Counted from the first letter of the stretch, positions 38,223 to 49,001 are shown. The stretch is DNA of 64,000 bases from an uncultured archaeon (GCA_963817525.1 CAWFOU010000001.1:1088001-1152000), one strand, 5' to 3'. Made by a program: numbers and translations. The notes: generated by a model not told the origin, from the sequence alone.

Positions 38223-39200
38223 TTGAGAATACTCCTGCTGGACGCCGAAGAGGTCGCGGAGGCCTGCCCCATGTCGGACTGCATCGACGCGATGGCGGAC
38301 GTGTTCGCCCTCGAGGGCCGGGGCAAGGTGGACTCGCCTCTCAGGTCCAGGCTCGCCGCCCCCTCGGGGGACGTCCTGATCATGTCCTCGATGGCCGAGC
38401 GGGCCGCGGCTGAGGCGAGCGTCAAGGTGGTGAGCGTCTTCCCGAACAACAAGAAGGGGGTGCCCTCGACCAACGCGGTGACCATCCTGGTCGACGGGGA
38501 GACCGGCGAGCCGAAGGCGATGCTCTCGGGCGGAGTGCTCACCGCGATAAGGACGGGGGCGGTGTCCGGGCTCTCCTGCAGGTACCTCGCCAGGAAGGAC
38601 TCCGAGACCCTCGGGATGGTGGGCGCCGGCGGGATGGCGTATCAGCAGGTCAACGGCGTCGCCACCGCGCTTCCCTCGATGAGGAAGGTCAGGATATTCT
38701 CGATGGACAGCGCGGCCAGCAAGGCGCTGGCGAGGAAGTGCGCCGAGTCGCTCGGCCTGGACGCCAAGGTCGTCGATTCCGTCGAAAGGTGTGTCCGGAG
38801 CGACGTGCTGGTCACTGCTACGACCTCGAAGACGCCGGTCTTCAGGGGGACCGACGTGGAGGACGGCACGCACGTCATTGCGATGGGCTCCTACAGGCCC
38901 GAGGTGCGCGAGGTGGACTCCGACCTTGTGTCGCGGGCGTCCATCTTCGTCGACTCTAGGGAGGCGGTCCTCGAGGAGGCGGGCGACCTTCTCATCCCGA
39001 TCAAGGAGGGGAGGCTGACCAAGAGCGCGATAAGGGCGGAGATGTCCGAGCTCGTGAGCGGGAGGAAGCGCGGGCGGGCATCCGCGTCGGAGGTGACCTT
39101 CTTCAAGGAGGTGGGGCTGGCCTTCGAGGACAACGCGGCGGGCTGGCTCGCATATCGGCGAGCCCTGAAAGGGGGGATCGGAAAGTGGTCGGAGCTCTAG
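38223..39200 (+). CDS. Ornithine cyclodeaminase/mu-crystallin family protein
   Basis: KVVSVFP, LTAIRTGA, GAGGMA, EEAGDL, GLAFED. Confidence 0.88.
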   Translation: MRILLLDAEEVAEACPMSDCIDAMADVFALEGRGKVDSPLRSRLAAPSGDVLIMSSMAERAAAEASVKVVSVFPNNKKGVPSTNAVTILVDGETGEPKAMLSGGVLTAIRTGAVSGLSCRYLARKDSETLGMVGAGGMAYQQVNGVATALPSMRKVRIFSMDSAASKALARKCAESLGLDAKVVDSVERCVRSDVLVTATTSKTPVFRGTDVEDGTHVIAMGSYRPEVREVDSDLVSRASIFVDSREAVLEEAGDLLIPIKEGRLTKSAIRAEMSELVSGRKRGRASASEVTFFKEVGLAFEDNAAGWLAYRRALKGGIGKWSEL

Positions 39201-39391
39201 AAAAGGCGCATGGACCTTACTGCAGCTGCGGCACTGGGTTATCAACTAAGAACCGCCCAAAGTCCGGGGACCGGCGGGCCTGAAGTTCGACCTCGCGCCT
39301 TCATCCCCCTCCCGAATCTCTGTCGAGAGGCAGGTCGCCCGAAGAGTTCTCCAAACCCGTTATTAGGAACGCGACCGCCGTCGAGCTCCAA

Positions 39392-40807
39392 ATGAAACGC
39401 AAGGAGGGAGCCTTCGTTGTCGCTCAGGCTGCCATTTTTGTCGGCGTCATCGCGCTGATAGCCCTCCCCGCGCAATCAATCAACCAGATGCAGGTCGAGA
39501 CGACGTCGACCTCGAGCGGGGGGCAACTCGCCTTCACTTCTGGGGTCTCGCCGCAAGGCCTCCAACTCAGGGTGATGCTGAATTCCAGCGGCATCCGGTC
39601 GCATGGAGTACTTCGGGCAAGCGTAGAGGTCCTCAACACGGTCAATCAAAACGTCTCGTTCTCGGGGGTGTCGGAAAACCAGAACATCTCGGAATGGAAT
39701 TACGACGACTACCTTTGCCCTGCATCCTTTCTTCTGGGCTTCGCCGTATTTCAGGGGCACTTTGCTGCCGGCAACATCTCTTCGGCGGGGCCTCCGCTGA
39801 GGGTTGTCCCCGATTTTGGCGTTCTTTGCCCGTCTAGCCCCATCTCTGGCGCGGTCACCTTCCTTCCGGGAGGGGACCGAGCCGTTGTGGGGTCTGGGGC
39901 CTTTGCCTATCAAGCGACCCTACAGCTCAACGCGACGACGAAATACATCAACGGCAATGAATTGGCCGGAGGAGGAGGGGAGTTTCACGGAGGAGCCAGT
40001 CCGGGACTCGTAGGATACTGGAACTACAGCGTTCCAGCCGCAGACGACATGAATTTCACCTCCCCCGGCTTTGTCTACTTCCCTCCCGGAGAATACACGA
40101 TAGCGGCCGCGGACGACTGGAACCAGTACGTCTACGCCGCCTTCGTGGTCGAGCCGTCACCGCCGGCTATTACGTTCGCCTCAGGAGCAACACCAGATGG
40201 GCTCCGACTCGAGCTTACGCTGAACGCCACCACCATGAGTTTCGGCGGGGCAATCACGGGGCAAATGAGGGTGGTGAACACGTTGGACCAAAACGTCACA
40301 GTCTCGGCCGTTCAGAGTCAGAACCTCACAACCTGGAGCAGTTACACCAACGTCTGCCCCCCGGGTTACTTCATGGGCTACGCTGTCTTCCCCGGGCACT
40401 TCACGGCGGGAAACATCTCCTCTGCGGGACCGCCTTTGGAGATGGTCCCTGGCGACACGGGAATGATATGCCCCCCTTCAGTATATCTTCCTCCAGATCC
40501 CCAGTCAAGCAGTCAGATTACTTTCCTACCTGGACCAGCCCTACAGACTAGGGCCAACGAAACCTTCGACATCAAGACAGTCTCTGGCTCATTCATAACA
40601 CCCTCCTACTTGATTCCCGACCAGCTCGGCGTTACCACAGTCCTCTCCAATACGCAGGAAAGCTGCGGCTGCACGACTCCAGGACTGGTTGGTTACTACC
40701 AAGATGTCGGTAACGGGATCTTCGTGCCCTTCTCTCACGGCGAGTATACCATCGTCGCCTGGGATGACTGGAACCAGTACGCCTACGCCACCCTCCTTGT
40801 CCTTTAA
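39392..40807 (+). CDS. Secreted protein with a tandemly duplicated ~220-aa domain
   Basis: Signal peptide; two copies of SG.(S/T)P.GL.L...LN, GHF.AGNISSAGPPL, PGLVGY, GEYTI.A.DDWNQY. Confidence 0.8.
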   Translation: MKRKEGAFVVAQAAIFVGVIALIALPAQSINQMQVETTSTSSGGQLAFTSGVSPQGLQLRVMLNSSGIRSHGVLRASVEVLNTVNQNVSFSGVSENQNISEWNYDDYLCPASFLLGFAVFQGHFAAGNISSAGPPLRVVPDFGVLCPSSPISGAVTFLPGGDRAVVGSGAFAYQATLQLNATTKYINGNELAGGGGEFHGGASPGLVGYWNYSVPAADDMNFTSPGFVYFPPGEYTIAAADDWNQYVYAAFVVEPSPPAITFASGATPDGLRLELTLNATTMSFGGAITGQMRVVNTLDQNVTVSAVQSQNLTTWSSYTNVCPPGYFMGYAVFPGHFTAGNISSAGPPLEMVPGDTGMICPPSVYLPPDPQSSSQITFLPGPALQTRANETFDIKTVSGSFITPSYLIPDQLGVTTVLSNTQESCGCTTPGLVGYYQDVGNGIFVPFSHGEYTIVAWDDWNQYAYATLLVL

Positions 40808-40973
40808 CGATCAGACTCTCCTCGATGAGGAGATTGTGCGGATCAGCTGAGGCAGACTCGAAATGGATGTGGAATGGATCTCATCGGCTCCGGTAGACGA
40901 GGGAAGATTATCGCGGTAGACTTTATTATGCGGGCCAAAGCGTTGTGCAGTCCCAGCAAAAAAAGGAAAGGAG

Positions 40974-41546
40974 TTGTTGATTTTTCTCTTGGAGGACGAT
41001 GGAAACGAGGTAGCGAGGATATTCGAGCAGAGGGAGAGGGAGTTCCTCCTCGCGCCGGTGAGGGTTACAATGAGGACATCCACCGAGCAGCTAGAAGTCG
41101 GCGACCTGGTCCTCAACAAGGCCAAGGAGGGAGAGAGGGTCGAGATGCCCCGGTGGGTCGCCGAGGAGCTGGTGGAGCTGGACCTGGCCGAGACGCAGGA
41201 GGAGTCGTTCGACGTCGAGATATTCAGGGCGCTGACCAGGGAGAAGATACTCGCGTCCCCCCAGCTCTCCCCTCTCGAGCCCAACTTCTACATCCGCATG
41301 CGCAGGCGGATCGCCGCCGTGCGCGCCGGGGTGGAGAGGGGGAAGTATAGGAAGGAGGACTATGAGAAGCTGAAGAACACCAGCTACGACCTGATAGGGA
41401 GACGGCTGAGCAAGCTCCTCTCGATGAGCTCATCGGCGAGCGTCAAGACAATCGCCGACAGGATCACGCCCGAGGAGAAGGAGTTCTTCTCGATGTCGAG
41501 CTCGCTTTCGACTTCCTGGAAGAAGGCCCTGCTCGGAGAGCAGTAG
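40974..41546 (+). CDS. GINS subunit (Gins23-type)
   Basis: MPRWVAEEL beta domain then LEPNFY...RRLSKLL...TPEE; directly upstream of mcm. Confidence 0.85.
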   Translation: MLIFLLEDDGNEVARIFEQREREFLLAPVRVTMRTSTEQLEVGDLVLNKAKEGERVEMPRWVAEELVELDLAETQEESFDVEIFRALTREKILASPQLSPLEPNFYIRMRRRIAAVRAGVERGKYRKEDYEKLKNTSYDLIGRRLSKLLSMSSSASVKTIADRITPEEKEFFSMSSSLSTSWKKALLGEQ

Positions 41547-41567
41547 CGAGGAGAGTTCGACCCCGAC

Positions 41568-44500
41568 ATGGCGGTCTTGACGCGCGGGCTGTCCGAGCTA
41601 TTCGAGGAGTTCCTGAGGGGCTTCGAGGACAAGGACGGGGAGCGCAAGTACCAGGTCCTGCTCGCCCAGCTCGCCGCCTCTGGGTCCAAGTCGGTCATCG
41701 TCGACTACGAGGACCTCATCCACTTCAACACTGACCTCGCCGAGAGCCTGCTGAAGGACCCGGACAGGGCCCTGAGGGAGTGCAAGGCAGCTGCGTTCGA
41801 GGTCCTCAGCACTGAGAACCCCGGATACGCCAGCGAGATCAAGAAGAGCCTCACGGTGAGGCTCCGGGGCGTCACCGACAGGGTGAACCTCCGCAAGGTC
41901 GACACCTCGCACTTGGACAAGATGATCGCCTTCGCGGGCATGCTCGTGAGGACGTCAGAGTTGCGACCCCTGCTGGTGGACGCGGCGTTCGTCTGCCCGG
42001 ACGGGCACACCACGAGGGTCGTGCAAGAGGGCCCAAGCATCAAGAAGCCGGCAAAGTGCGAAGGTTGCGACGAGACGAGGAACTTCGAGCTCGACCAGAA
42101 GGACAGCACGTTCATCGACAGTCAGATTCTCAGGGTCCAGGAACTGCCGGAAGAGCTTCCACCAGGTCAGCTCCCGCGGTTTTTTGACATCGACGTCGAG
42201 GGGGACATCGTGAACACGGCGAGGCCGGGAGACAGGGCCATCATGACGGGGATAGTGCGCGCCGAGCCGGACTTTTCCTTCGGCATTCCCAGAAGCAGGT
42301 CGTTCCGCTCGAAGATCGACGCGAACTACATCGAGGTGGTGGGGAAGGAGCCTAGCCAGATCCACATCACCAAGGAGGACGAGGCGATAATCAAGAGCAT
42401 CGCCGCCGGGCAGGACGCCTATGCGAAGCTCATCAAGTCCATGGCGCCTGGGATCCTGGGGCACGACGCGGTGAAGGAGGCGATCCTCCTCCTGCTGGTG
42501 GGAGGGCCGCAGACGGTCCTGCCGGACGGGACTAAGCTCAGGGGAGACATCAACGTCTTCCTCGTGGGCGACCCCGGCGTCGCAAAGTCCGAGATGCTGA
42601 AGTTCGCGGCGCAGGTCGCGCCGAGGGGGATGTTCGCCTCGGGGAGGGGATCAACAGCGGCGGGGCTTTCGGCGGCTGTGATACGCGAGAAGAACACGCT
42701 GATGCTCGAGGCGGGCGTGGTGGTCCTGGCAGATCAAGGAATTGCGTGCCTTCATCCAAATACAAATATAATATTCGACAATGACATTGTCAAAATTGGA
42801 GACCTGGCGAGTCGTGTCGTATTCGAGAAAGCCAGGTCTGGAAAGGATGAAGTAGAGGTCGCCCTTCTCCAGGGCTCTGTTAATTCTCTCGACCTGAATA
42901 GTCTCTCAGTAAAGAGAACTGACAGCACAGTACTTCGGAGGAAGATGTTCAAAGGTAATCTCAAAGTCTTCCGACTCAAGAGTGGGAATTCGATAATGCT
43001 GACTCCTGATCATTTGCTTCTGGAAGGCGATTCGATCACCTGGACACGCGCACAAGAATTCGCTGTTGGAGAACACGTTGTGGCCCCGCTAAGATTACCT
43101 TCATCCAACACTGATACGTACATCTGGGACATTCTCCCAGACGATGCAAAGCCGACTTTGGATTTCGAAGAAAGGGTCGAATTAACAGCGCTCATTCGTG
43201 AAAGATTTGGTACTCTCTCTGCAGCGTCTCGGGAGCTCGAGATTCCTCTCGTCAAGAAATCCAACTATGCTAATCTGAGACTAGGGCAGCTAAAGAAAAT
43301 TGTGAGGGCGTTGAATGTCGAAAACAAATGGCGCGGAAGGTGTCTGAAGTACTGGAACACGCGGCTCAAGACACCCGTCATTACCCCGGAGGTGGCGTAC
43401 CTCGTTGGGTTTGTTTTTGGGGATGGGCACGTCGCAAACAGGAGTGATGGAGGATTAGCAATCTCCATGCTCCAAGCTGATTGCAATGTCTCGTACATGA
43501 ATCGGTTCATAGAATTCTGGAGAAGAACCTTCGATTCTAGTGTGGGAACGGTGAGGTCAAAATCGTCAGCGATGATTCGAGGAAAGCGGGTCACATCCAG
43601 CGGTCAAACGGTTAACATTGGAAAGAGAATCTTTGAAGCCATCTACAAGTATCTGACTGAACAGAATCTGCAACATTGCCTCAGGCTCTCTGATTCTTCC
43701 ATCGCCGGTTTCGTATCCGGACTTATCGATTCTGACGGTTGTCTCTCAGAGAAGACCTGTAACAAGAACGGGAGATCTTTCAGTACATGGGAAATCGTGT
43801 TCGCTGTAAGCAATCAAGAACAGACGAACCTCAACCTTGGACTGCTGCTCAGAAGGTTTGGTTGTCTGGCCTTCGTACACGACACACGCCAGAATGTTTT
43901 CCACGTCTCAATTAGCAGCAGAAGAGATTGCAAGCTACTTCAGGAAAAAACATCTCGCCTCTCGGTCAAGATGAGCAAAGAGGTGCCAGAAAGGAAAGCC
44001 AACATGCCAGGTGTCTCTGAACTTCTTCCTAAGAGGATCGTTGGTGATTTAATCCGAAACGGGTATCGCGATGTCCCTCGCGCCCCACTTCTAAAAGCAG
44101 GAGTTTGGTCGACCATCTACAGCTACATGCATGAAACACGGAATCCGAGAATGGGTCAGATACAGAAGTTGCTTGACCGAACTGGAGATATGCTCGAAAA
44201 AGATTGCGTGCAGAGCCTTTCAACATTAATTTGCGGGAACTACTTTCTGGATCAGATAACGGCTATCTCTGATGTTCCGTACGAGGGTTACGTTTACGAC
44301 CTATACGTACCGGGTCAACACAATTACATTGCTGACGGTATCATAGTAGAAAATTGCATCGACGAATTCGACAAGATGAAACCGGAGGACAGGAGCGCAC
44401 TACATGAGCAGATGGAACAGCAATCCTACCACCCGTCCACCGAGGTGCTGCTTTCAAGCGGCAAGGTAAAGATCGGCGACTTTGTTGAGGAGGCGATCCG

Positions 44501-46790
44501 CTCTCATCCTGAGCGCGTCGAGCAAGGGAAGGCTTGTGAGATCGCGAGGGTGAGCCTGCCGGATAGGATATTCTCGGTCGACCTTGGAGATGGGAGGGTC
44601 GAGAAGACATCGTTAGCAAATCTTAGCAGACACCGTGCACCGACACGATTCATCAAGGTCAACTTCTCAAACGGCAGGTCGATCTTGGTCACGCCGGAGC
44701 ATCCCATCTTCACGTTCAGCGGGGCGGGGATGTCGACCATCCCTGCGGAGAGGCTACGGCCTGGGGCGTTCGTCCCCGGCCCCACGTTCGTGCCGAACTC
44801 CTCGATGCCCGTCGTCTTGGAGCCGGTCATGGGATCCAAGTGTTCCAAGGAGGTCGTGCAACCCGGCACGCTGACGATTAAGATCGCACGGATACTCGGG
44901 TATCTCGTCACCGAAGGAAACTTCTACGTCGGGTCTTCTGTCGAGGTCGACTTTACGAATTTGGACGAGAGGCTGCTCGAAGAGATGAGGGTGCTGATGC
45001 GCGGCGAGTTCGGCCTGGAACCTACGATCAGGATCTCCGAAGGAAGATGGGCAGGCCTCAGGTACGTCTCGACGACGTTCCATGCGTGGCTGACCGAGAA
45101 CTTCCCTGAGATGATGTGCAAGGCAAGGAGCAAGCGGGCCCCGGCGAAGATCATTGGGGCGTCTGTCGCGCATGTCAACGAGTTCTTGACGTCGGCCTTC
45201 CTCGGCGACGGCGGTGTCGAGACTGACGCGGTGTGTTATCGCACGGCGTCCCGGGGTCTAGCCGAGGACTATCAAGACCTCTTACTCAAGTTGGCGATTG
45301 CATCAAGGATAGTCACCGACAGTTCGAACGACTCGTTCAAGGTCTACATCAGAGGGGATTCCCTGGGCGACTTTCTGGAGAGGGTGGTCGACCAGCGGGA
45401 CCACAGACGAGGGAGGATCCAGGAGCTCGTGGACAGGAGCAAAACAAACAACCGGAGCCACGACGTGCTTCCGACGAGCGTGGGGAGGATGCTCATCCAG
45501 CTCCTCGACGACGCAGGGCTGAGCTACAACGGATACTTCTCGCAGCATATCAAACGTGGGAACGGCATAACCAAGTCCACTGTCCACAGGTACCTGGGTC
45601 TGATAGAGGAGAGGCGCCAAGAGGTCATGTCGGCTCTGGAGGGGAAGAGCTCCATCCAGCAGTTGCGCGAGGCCGTGGGGTGGTCGCAAGAGCGGCTGGC
45701 CCACGAGTGCGGGGTGAAGAGGGGAACGATAGAGTACGCTGAGCGCGGCGGATACGGGCCGCGGCAGGTGGAGGAGCTGACGTCGAGAGTACGTGGCGCG
45801 ATAAGCCAAAGGCTTGCGGCTGTAGGCGAGAGCGCACGATTCATCGTCGGCCTCATGGGACTGAGGTTCCTCAGGGTCACGGGCGTAGAGTCCGTTGCAA
45901 ATAGCGGGGCGGTGGCGACGGACTGGGTCTACGACGTCACGGTCGAGCCCCGACACAATTTCGTGTCCGCGGGCGTCGTCCTTCACAACACCATCACGAT
46001 AGCCAAGGGCGGGATCTACGCGACCCTGAACGCGAGGACTGCGATCCTCGCCGCGACCAACCCCATCTTGGGCAAGTACGACCCGTACCAGAACCTCATC
46101 GACAACATCAACCTTCCGATCCCGTTGCTCACGAGATTCGACCTGATCTTCGTGCTCAGGGACACCCCCTCGCCAAGCCAGGACGAGAAGCTCGCCACCC
46201 ACATCCTCGACGTCCACAGGAAGAGGGCGTACGTAGAGTCGCCGCCCATCCAGTTCGAGCTGCTGAAGAAGTACGTCGCGCACGCGAAGAACTATTCGCC
46301 TGTCCTCTCCATGGAGGCCGAGAACAGGATCAAGGAGTACTACCTCCAGCTCAGGAGGAGCGTGAGCGAAGGGCAGATAGGCGCGACCCCCAGGACCCTC
46401 GAGTCTCTCATACGGCTCGCGAGCGCCAAGGCGAGGCTCATGCTGAGAGAAGTGGTCACGGAGGAAGACGCGCTCACGGCGGTCTCGCTCATGAACAAGA
46501 TGGTCGAGGACGTCCTGACCGACGCAGAGACCAAGACCAAGGGAGACTTTGGGATCCTCCTGGGCCAGCCTGCCGGAGAGAGGGGGAAGCTCGCGACGCT
46601 GATGGACACGCTCCGCGCCCTGGAAGGCCCCGAGCGCAAGCCCATCGAGGCGAAGGTCTTCAAGCAGGAGCTGATGAGGACCAACAAGTTCGCGAACGAG
46701 GACGAGGTCGACAAGCTCATCCAGAAGATAACCAAGGAAGGCATCATCTTCGAGTCCAAGCCCGGGTTCTACAGAAGAGTCCAGGGCTAG
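41568..46790 (+). CDS. mcm: MCM replicative helicase with two inteins
   Basis: QELPE, GDPGVAKS, IDEFDKM, LAATNP, TRFDL, TPRTLE. Confidence 0.96.
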   Translation: MAVLTRGLSELFEEFLRGFEDKDGERKYQVLLAQLAASGSKSVIVDYEDLIHFNTDLAESLLKDPDRALRECKAAAFEVLSTENPGYASEIKKSLTVRLRGVTDRVNLRKVDTSHLDKMIAFAGMLVRTSELRPLLVDAAFVCPDGHTTRVVQEGPSIKKPAKCEGCDETRNFELDQKDSTFIDSQILRVQELPEELPPGQLPRFFDIDVEGDIVNTARPGDRAIMTGIVRAEPDFSFGIPRSRSFRSKIDANYIEVVGKEPSQIHITKEDEAIIKSIAAGQDAYAKLIKSMAPGILGHDAVKEAILLLLVGGPQTVLPDGTKLRGDINVFLVGDPGVAKSEMLKFAAQVAPRGMFASGRGSTAAGLSAAVIREKNTLMLEAGVVVLADQGIACLHPNTNIIFDNDIVKIGDLASRVVFEKARSGKDEVEVALLQGSVNSLDLNSLSVKRTDSTVLRRKMFKGNLKVFRLKSGNSIMLTPDHLLLEGDSITWTRAQEFAVGEHVVAPLRLPSSNTDTYIWDILPDDAKPTLDFEERVELTALIRERFGTLSAASRELEIPLVKKSNYANLRLGQLKKIVRALNVENKWRGRCLKYWNTRLKTPVITPEVAYLVGFVFGDGHVANRSDGGLAISMLQADCNVSYMNRFIEFWRRTFDSSVGTVRSKSSAMIRGKRVTSSGQTVNIGKRIFEAIYKYLTEQNLQHCLRLSDSSIAGFVSGLIDSDGCLSEKTCNKNGRSFSTWEIVFAVSNQEQTNLNLGLLLRRFGCLAFVHDTRQNVFHVSISSRRDCKLLQEKTSRLSVKMSKEVPERKANMPGVSELLPKRIVGDLIRNGYRDVPRAPLLKAGVWSTIYSYMHETRNPRMGQIQKLLDRTGDMLEKDCVQSLSTLICGNYFLDQITAISDVPYEGYVYDLYVPGQHNYIADGIIVENCIDEFDKMKPEDRSALHEQMEQQSYHPSTEVLLSSGKVKIGDFVEEAIRSHPERVEQGKACEIARVSLPDRIFSVDLGDGRVEKTSLANLSRHRAPTRFIKVNFSNGRSILVTPEHPIFTFSGAGMSTIPAERLRPGAFVPGPTFVPNSSMPVVLEPVMGSKCSKEVVQPGTLTIKIARILGYLVTEGNFYVGSSVEVDFTNLDERLLEEMRVLMRGEFGLEPTIRISEGRWAGLRYVSTTFHAWLTENFPEMMCKARSKRAPAKIIGASVAHVNEFLTSAFLGDGGVETDAVCYRTASRGLAEDYQDLLLKLAIASRIVTDSSNDSFKVYIRGDSLGDFLERVVDQRDHRRGRIQELVDRSKTNNRSHDVLPTSVGRMLIQLLDDAGLSYNGYFSQHIKRGNGITKSTVHRYLGLIEERRQEVMSALEGKSSIQQLREAVGWSQERLAHECGVKRGTIEYAERGGYGPRQVEELTSRVRGAISQRLAAVGESARFIVGLMGLRFLRVTGVESVANSGAVATDWVYDVTVEPRHNFVSAGVVLHNTITIAKGGIYATLNARTAILAATNPILGKYDPYQNLIDNINLPIPLLTRFDLIFVLRDTPSPSQDEKLATHILDVHRKRAYVESPPIQFELLKKYVAHAKNYSPVLSMEAENRIKEYYLQLRRSVSEGQIGATPRTLESLIRLASAKARLMLREVVTEEDALTAVSLMNKMVEDVLTDAETKTKGDFGILLGQPAGERGKLATLMDTLRALEGPERKPIEAKVFKQELMRTNKFANEDEVDKLIQKITKEGIIFESKPGFYRRVQG
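42747..44354 (+). mobile_element. MCM intein 1 (536 aa, LAGLIDADG, AT-rich)
   Basis: A/CLHPNT start, TPDH, YLVGFVFGDG, FVSGLIDSDG, HNYIADGIIVEN/C end. Confidence 0.92.
44424..45989 (+). mobile_element. MCM intein 2 (522 aa, Ser1, LAGLIDADG plus HTH)
   Basis: Q/SYHPST start, TPEHP, ILGYLVTEG, FLTSAFLGDG, HNFVSAGVVLHN/T end. Confidence 0.92.
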
Positions 46791-46853
46791 GGTAGCGAGG
46801 AGGCGGGCTGGCGCGGCTGTTCGCTCGACCGAGGCGGAGGGGAGCTTCCGAAG

Positions 46854-49001
46854 ATGAAGGTGAAGGACCTCCCGCTGCCCCAGGAGTTCATCTCCCACCT
46901 CGAGTCTATGGGGTTTGTGGAGCTCTTCCCTCCGCAGGCGGCCGCAGTCGAGGCTGGGCTGCTCGAGGGGAAGAGCCTGCTCGTAGCCTCTCCGACGGCG
47001 AGCGGCAAGACGCTGATAGCCGCGCTCGCGGCGTACAAGAGGATAGTCGAGGAGCACCGCAAGGTCGTCTACCTCAGCCCCCTGCGCGCCCTCGCCTCGG
47101 AGAAGTACTCCGAATTCAGGAACCTGCTCGAGCGCTTCGGGGTCAGGTGCGTCATCTCGACGGGCGACTTCGACTCGGCCGGAGACGCCCTGAAGACCTA
47201 TGACCTTCTAGTCCTCACCAACGAGAAGTTCGACTCGCTCCTCCGCCACGGGGTCCCCTGGCTGCCAGACGTGGGGCTCTTCATCTCCGACGAGGTGCAC
47301 CTTGCAGGGAGCGGCGACAGGGGGCCGACCCTGGAGATGATACTAACCAAGGTCATCCACAGCGGCATCAAGGCCCAGCTCCTGTCGCTCTCGGCCACGG
47401 TGAGCAACGCGGAGGAGATCGCAAAGTGGCTCAAGTCGGACCTGGTGGAGCTTACCTGGAGGCCGGTCCCCCTGCGCGAGGGCGTCTACGACCATGGCCG
47501 CGTCTGGTTCGGCGACCTCCAGGGGGAGATAGAGACCGTGAGGTCGACCTACGGCGGCGCGATAGACGTGGCGATCGACTCGATCTCGCACGGCGGGCAG
47601 TCGCTGATCTTCGCCTCGACGAGGAGGCGTGCGGTCAGCCTGGCGACGAAGGCGTCGGAGCTCACCTTCAGGCACCTGAGCGAGCCGGAGAGGCAGGCCT
47701 GCGCGGAGGCGGCGAGGAAGATCCGAGAATCGGGGGAGGAGACGAGCCTGAGCAGGCTCCTCGCCGACCTGGTGGGCAAGGGCGCGGCATTCCATCACGC
47801 GGGGCTGCCGCACGAGCACCGCAAGCTGGTGGAGGACGCATACCGCGAGAGGGCCGTCAAGCTCCTCGCGAGCACCCCGACGCTTGCCGCGGGAATTAAC
47901 CTCCCCGCCAGGAGGGTGGTGATAGCCGACCTCTCGAGGTACGACGGCGAGGCGGGGATGAGCGCGCCGATCTCCGTCCTGGAATACAGGCAGATGGCCG
48001 GGAGAGCTGGGAGGCCGCAGTACGACGATTTCGGCGAGACGGTGATGGTCCCTCCGCCCACCTACAGCCCCGAGGAGGCGATGCGCCACTACGTCGAGTC
48101 GAGCCCCGAGCCGATAGAGTCGAGACTGGGGGGTGAGAGGGGGATGCGGGTCCACCTGCTCGCGGTGATAGCAAGCAGGATGGGCGTCACGCGGGAGGAG
48201 GTCGACTCCATCTTCTCGAAGACGCTCCTGGCCGCGCAGACCGGGAGGGAGGGGGTCTCGAGGCACGTGGACGAGGCCCTGGGCTACCTCTTCGCCGAGC
48301 AGCTCGTAGTGGAGAAGAACGGCGCGTTCCAGGCCACGGGGTTCGGGAAGAGGATCTCGACCCTCTACATCGACCCCAAGACCGGGGTGCTCTTCAAGAA
48401 GAACATGGGCGGGTTCGAGGCTGGCCCCGACCACACGGTGAAGCTGCTCCACCTCGTCGCGAGGAGCCCCGACTTTGAGCCCAAGTTCCCCATGCGGGAG
48501 AAGCACTACCAGCAGGCCTACGAGTTCCTCGAGGCGAATAGGGGGTCCTTCTCGCTCGCCGACGAACGGAGGACCTCCTTCCTGGAGTACGAGGACGCGC
48601 TCCAGGACGTCAGGACGATCATGGTCCTCGAGTCATGGATAGACGAGCAGAAGGAGGACGCCATCCTCGAGAGGCTCGGGGCGGAGCCCGGCGACCTCCA
48701 CAGGGCCGTGGACAGCGCGGACTGGCTCCTCTACTGCCTCACCGAGCTCGCCAGGCTCTACGGCAAGTACGACGTGATCAAGGAGGCCGGGTTCCTGAGG
48801 AAGAGGGTGGAGAAGGGGGTCAAGGGCGAGCTGGTGGAGCTGACGAAGCTGCGCGGCGTGGGAAGGGTGAGGGCTCGGGCGCTATACAACTTCGGGTTCA
48901 AGACGGTGAAGTCGATCAGGGACGCCCCGGCCGAGAAGCTGGGCCTGGTGGACAAGATAGGGCCGGTCACGGCGCAGAAGATCAAGGAAGAGGCCGCCTG
49001 A
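46854..49001 (+). CDS. hel308: Ski2-like helicase Hel308/Hjm
   Basis: PTASGKT, DEVH, LSAT, FHHAGL, QMAGRAGRP, GVGRVRAR. Confidence 0.94.
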   Translation: MKVKDLPLPQEFISHLESMGFVELFPPQAAAVEAGLLEGKSLLVASPTASGKTLIAALAAYKRIVEEHRKVVYLSPLRALASEKYSEFRNLLERFGVRCVISTGDFDSAGDALKTYDLLVLTNEKFDSLLRHGVPWLPDVGLFISDEVHLAGSGDRGPTLEMILTKVIHSGIKAQLLSLSATVSNAEEIAKWLKSDLVELTWRPVPLREGVYDHGRVWFGDLQGEIETVRSTYGGAIDVAIDSISHGGQSLIFASTRRRAVSLATKASELTFRHLSEPERQACAEAARKIRESGEETSLSRLLADLVGKGAAFHHAGLPHEHRKLVEDAYRERAVKLLASTPTLAAGINLPARRVVIADLSRYDGEAGMSAPISVLEYRQMAGRAGRPQYDDFGETVMVPPPTYSPEEAMRHYVESSPEPIESRLGGERGMRVHLLAVIASRMGVTREEVDSIFSKTLLAAQTGREGVSRHVDEALGYLFAEQLVVEKNGAFQATGFGKRISTLYIDPKTGVLFKKNMGGFEAGPDHTVKLLHLVARSPDFEPKFPMREKHYQQAYEFLEANRGSFSLADERRTSFLEYEDALQDVRTIMVLESWIDEQKEDAILERLGAEPGDLHRAVDSADWLLYCLTELARLYGKYDVIKEAGFLRKRVEKGVKGELVELTKLRGVGRVRARALYNFGFKTVKSIRDAPAEKLGLVDKIGPVTAQKIKEEAA

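Noticed and set aside
40822-40900. Possible second C/D sRNA (GATGA...CTGA) upstream of GINS
   Set aside because: Only one box pair is recognisable and no rRNA target could be identified by eye.
33017-47057. Long antisense or alternate-frame ORFs (e.g. 33017-35056, 36292-37791, 45303-47057)
   Set aside because: Shadow ORFs expected from high GC at third codon positions; they overlap well-supported genes and have no motifs.
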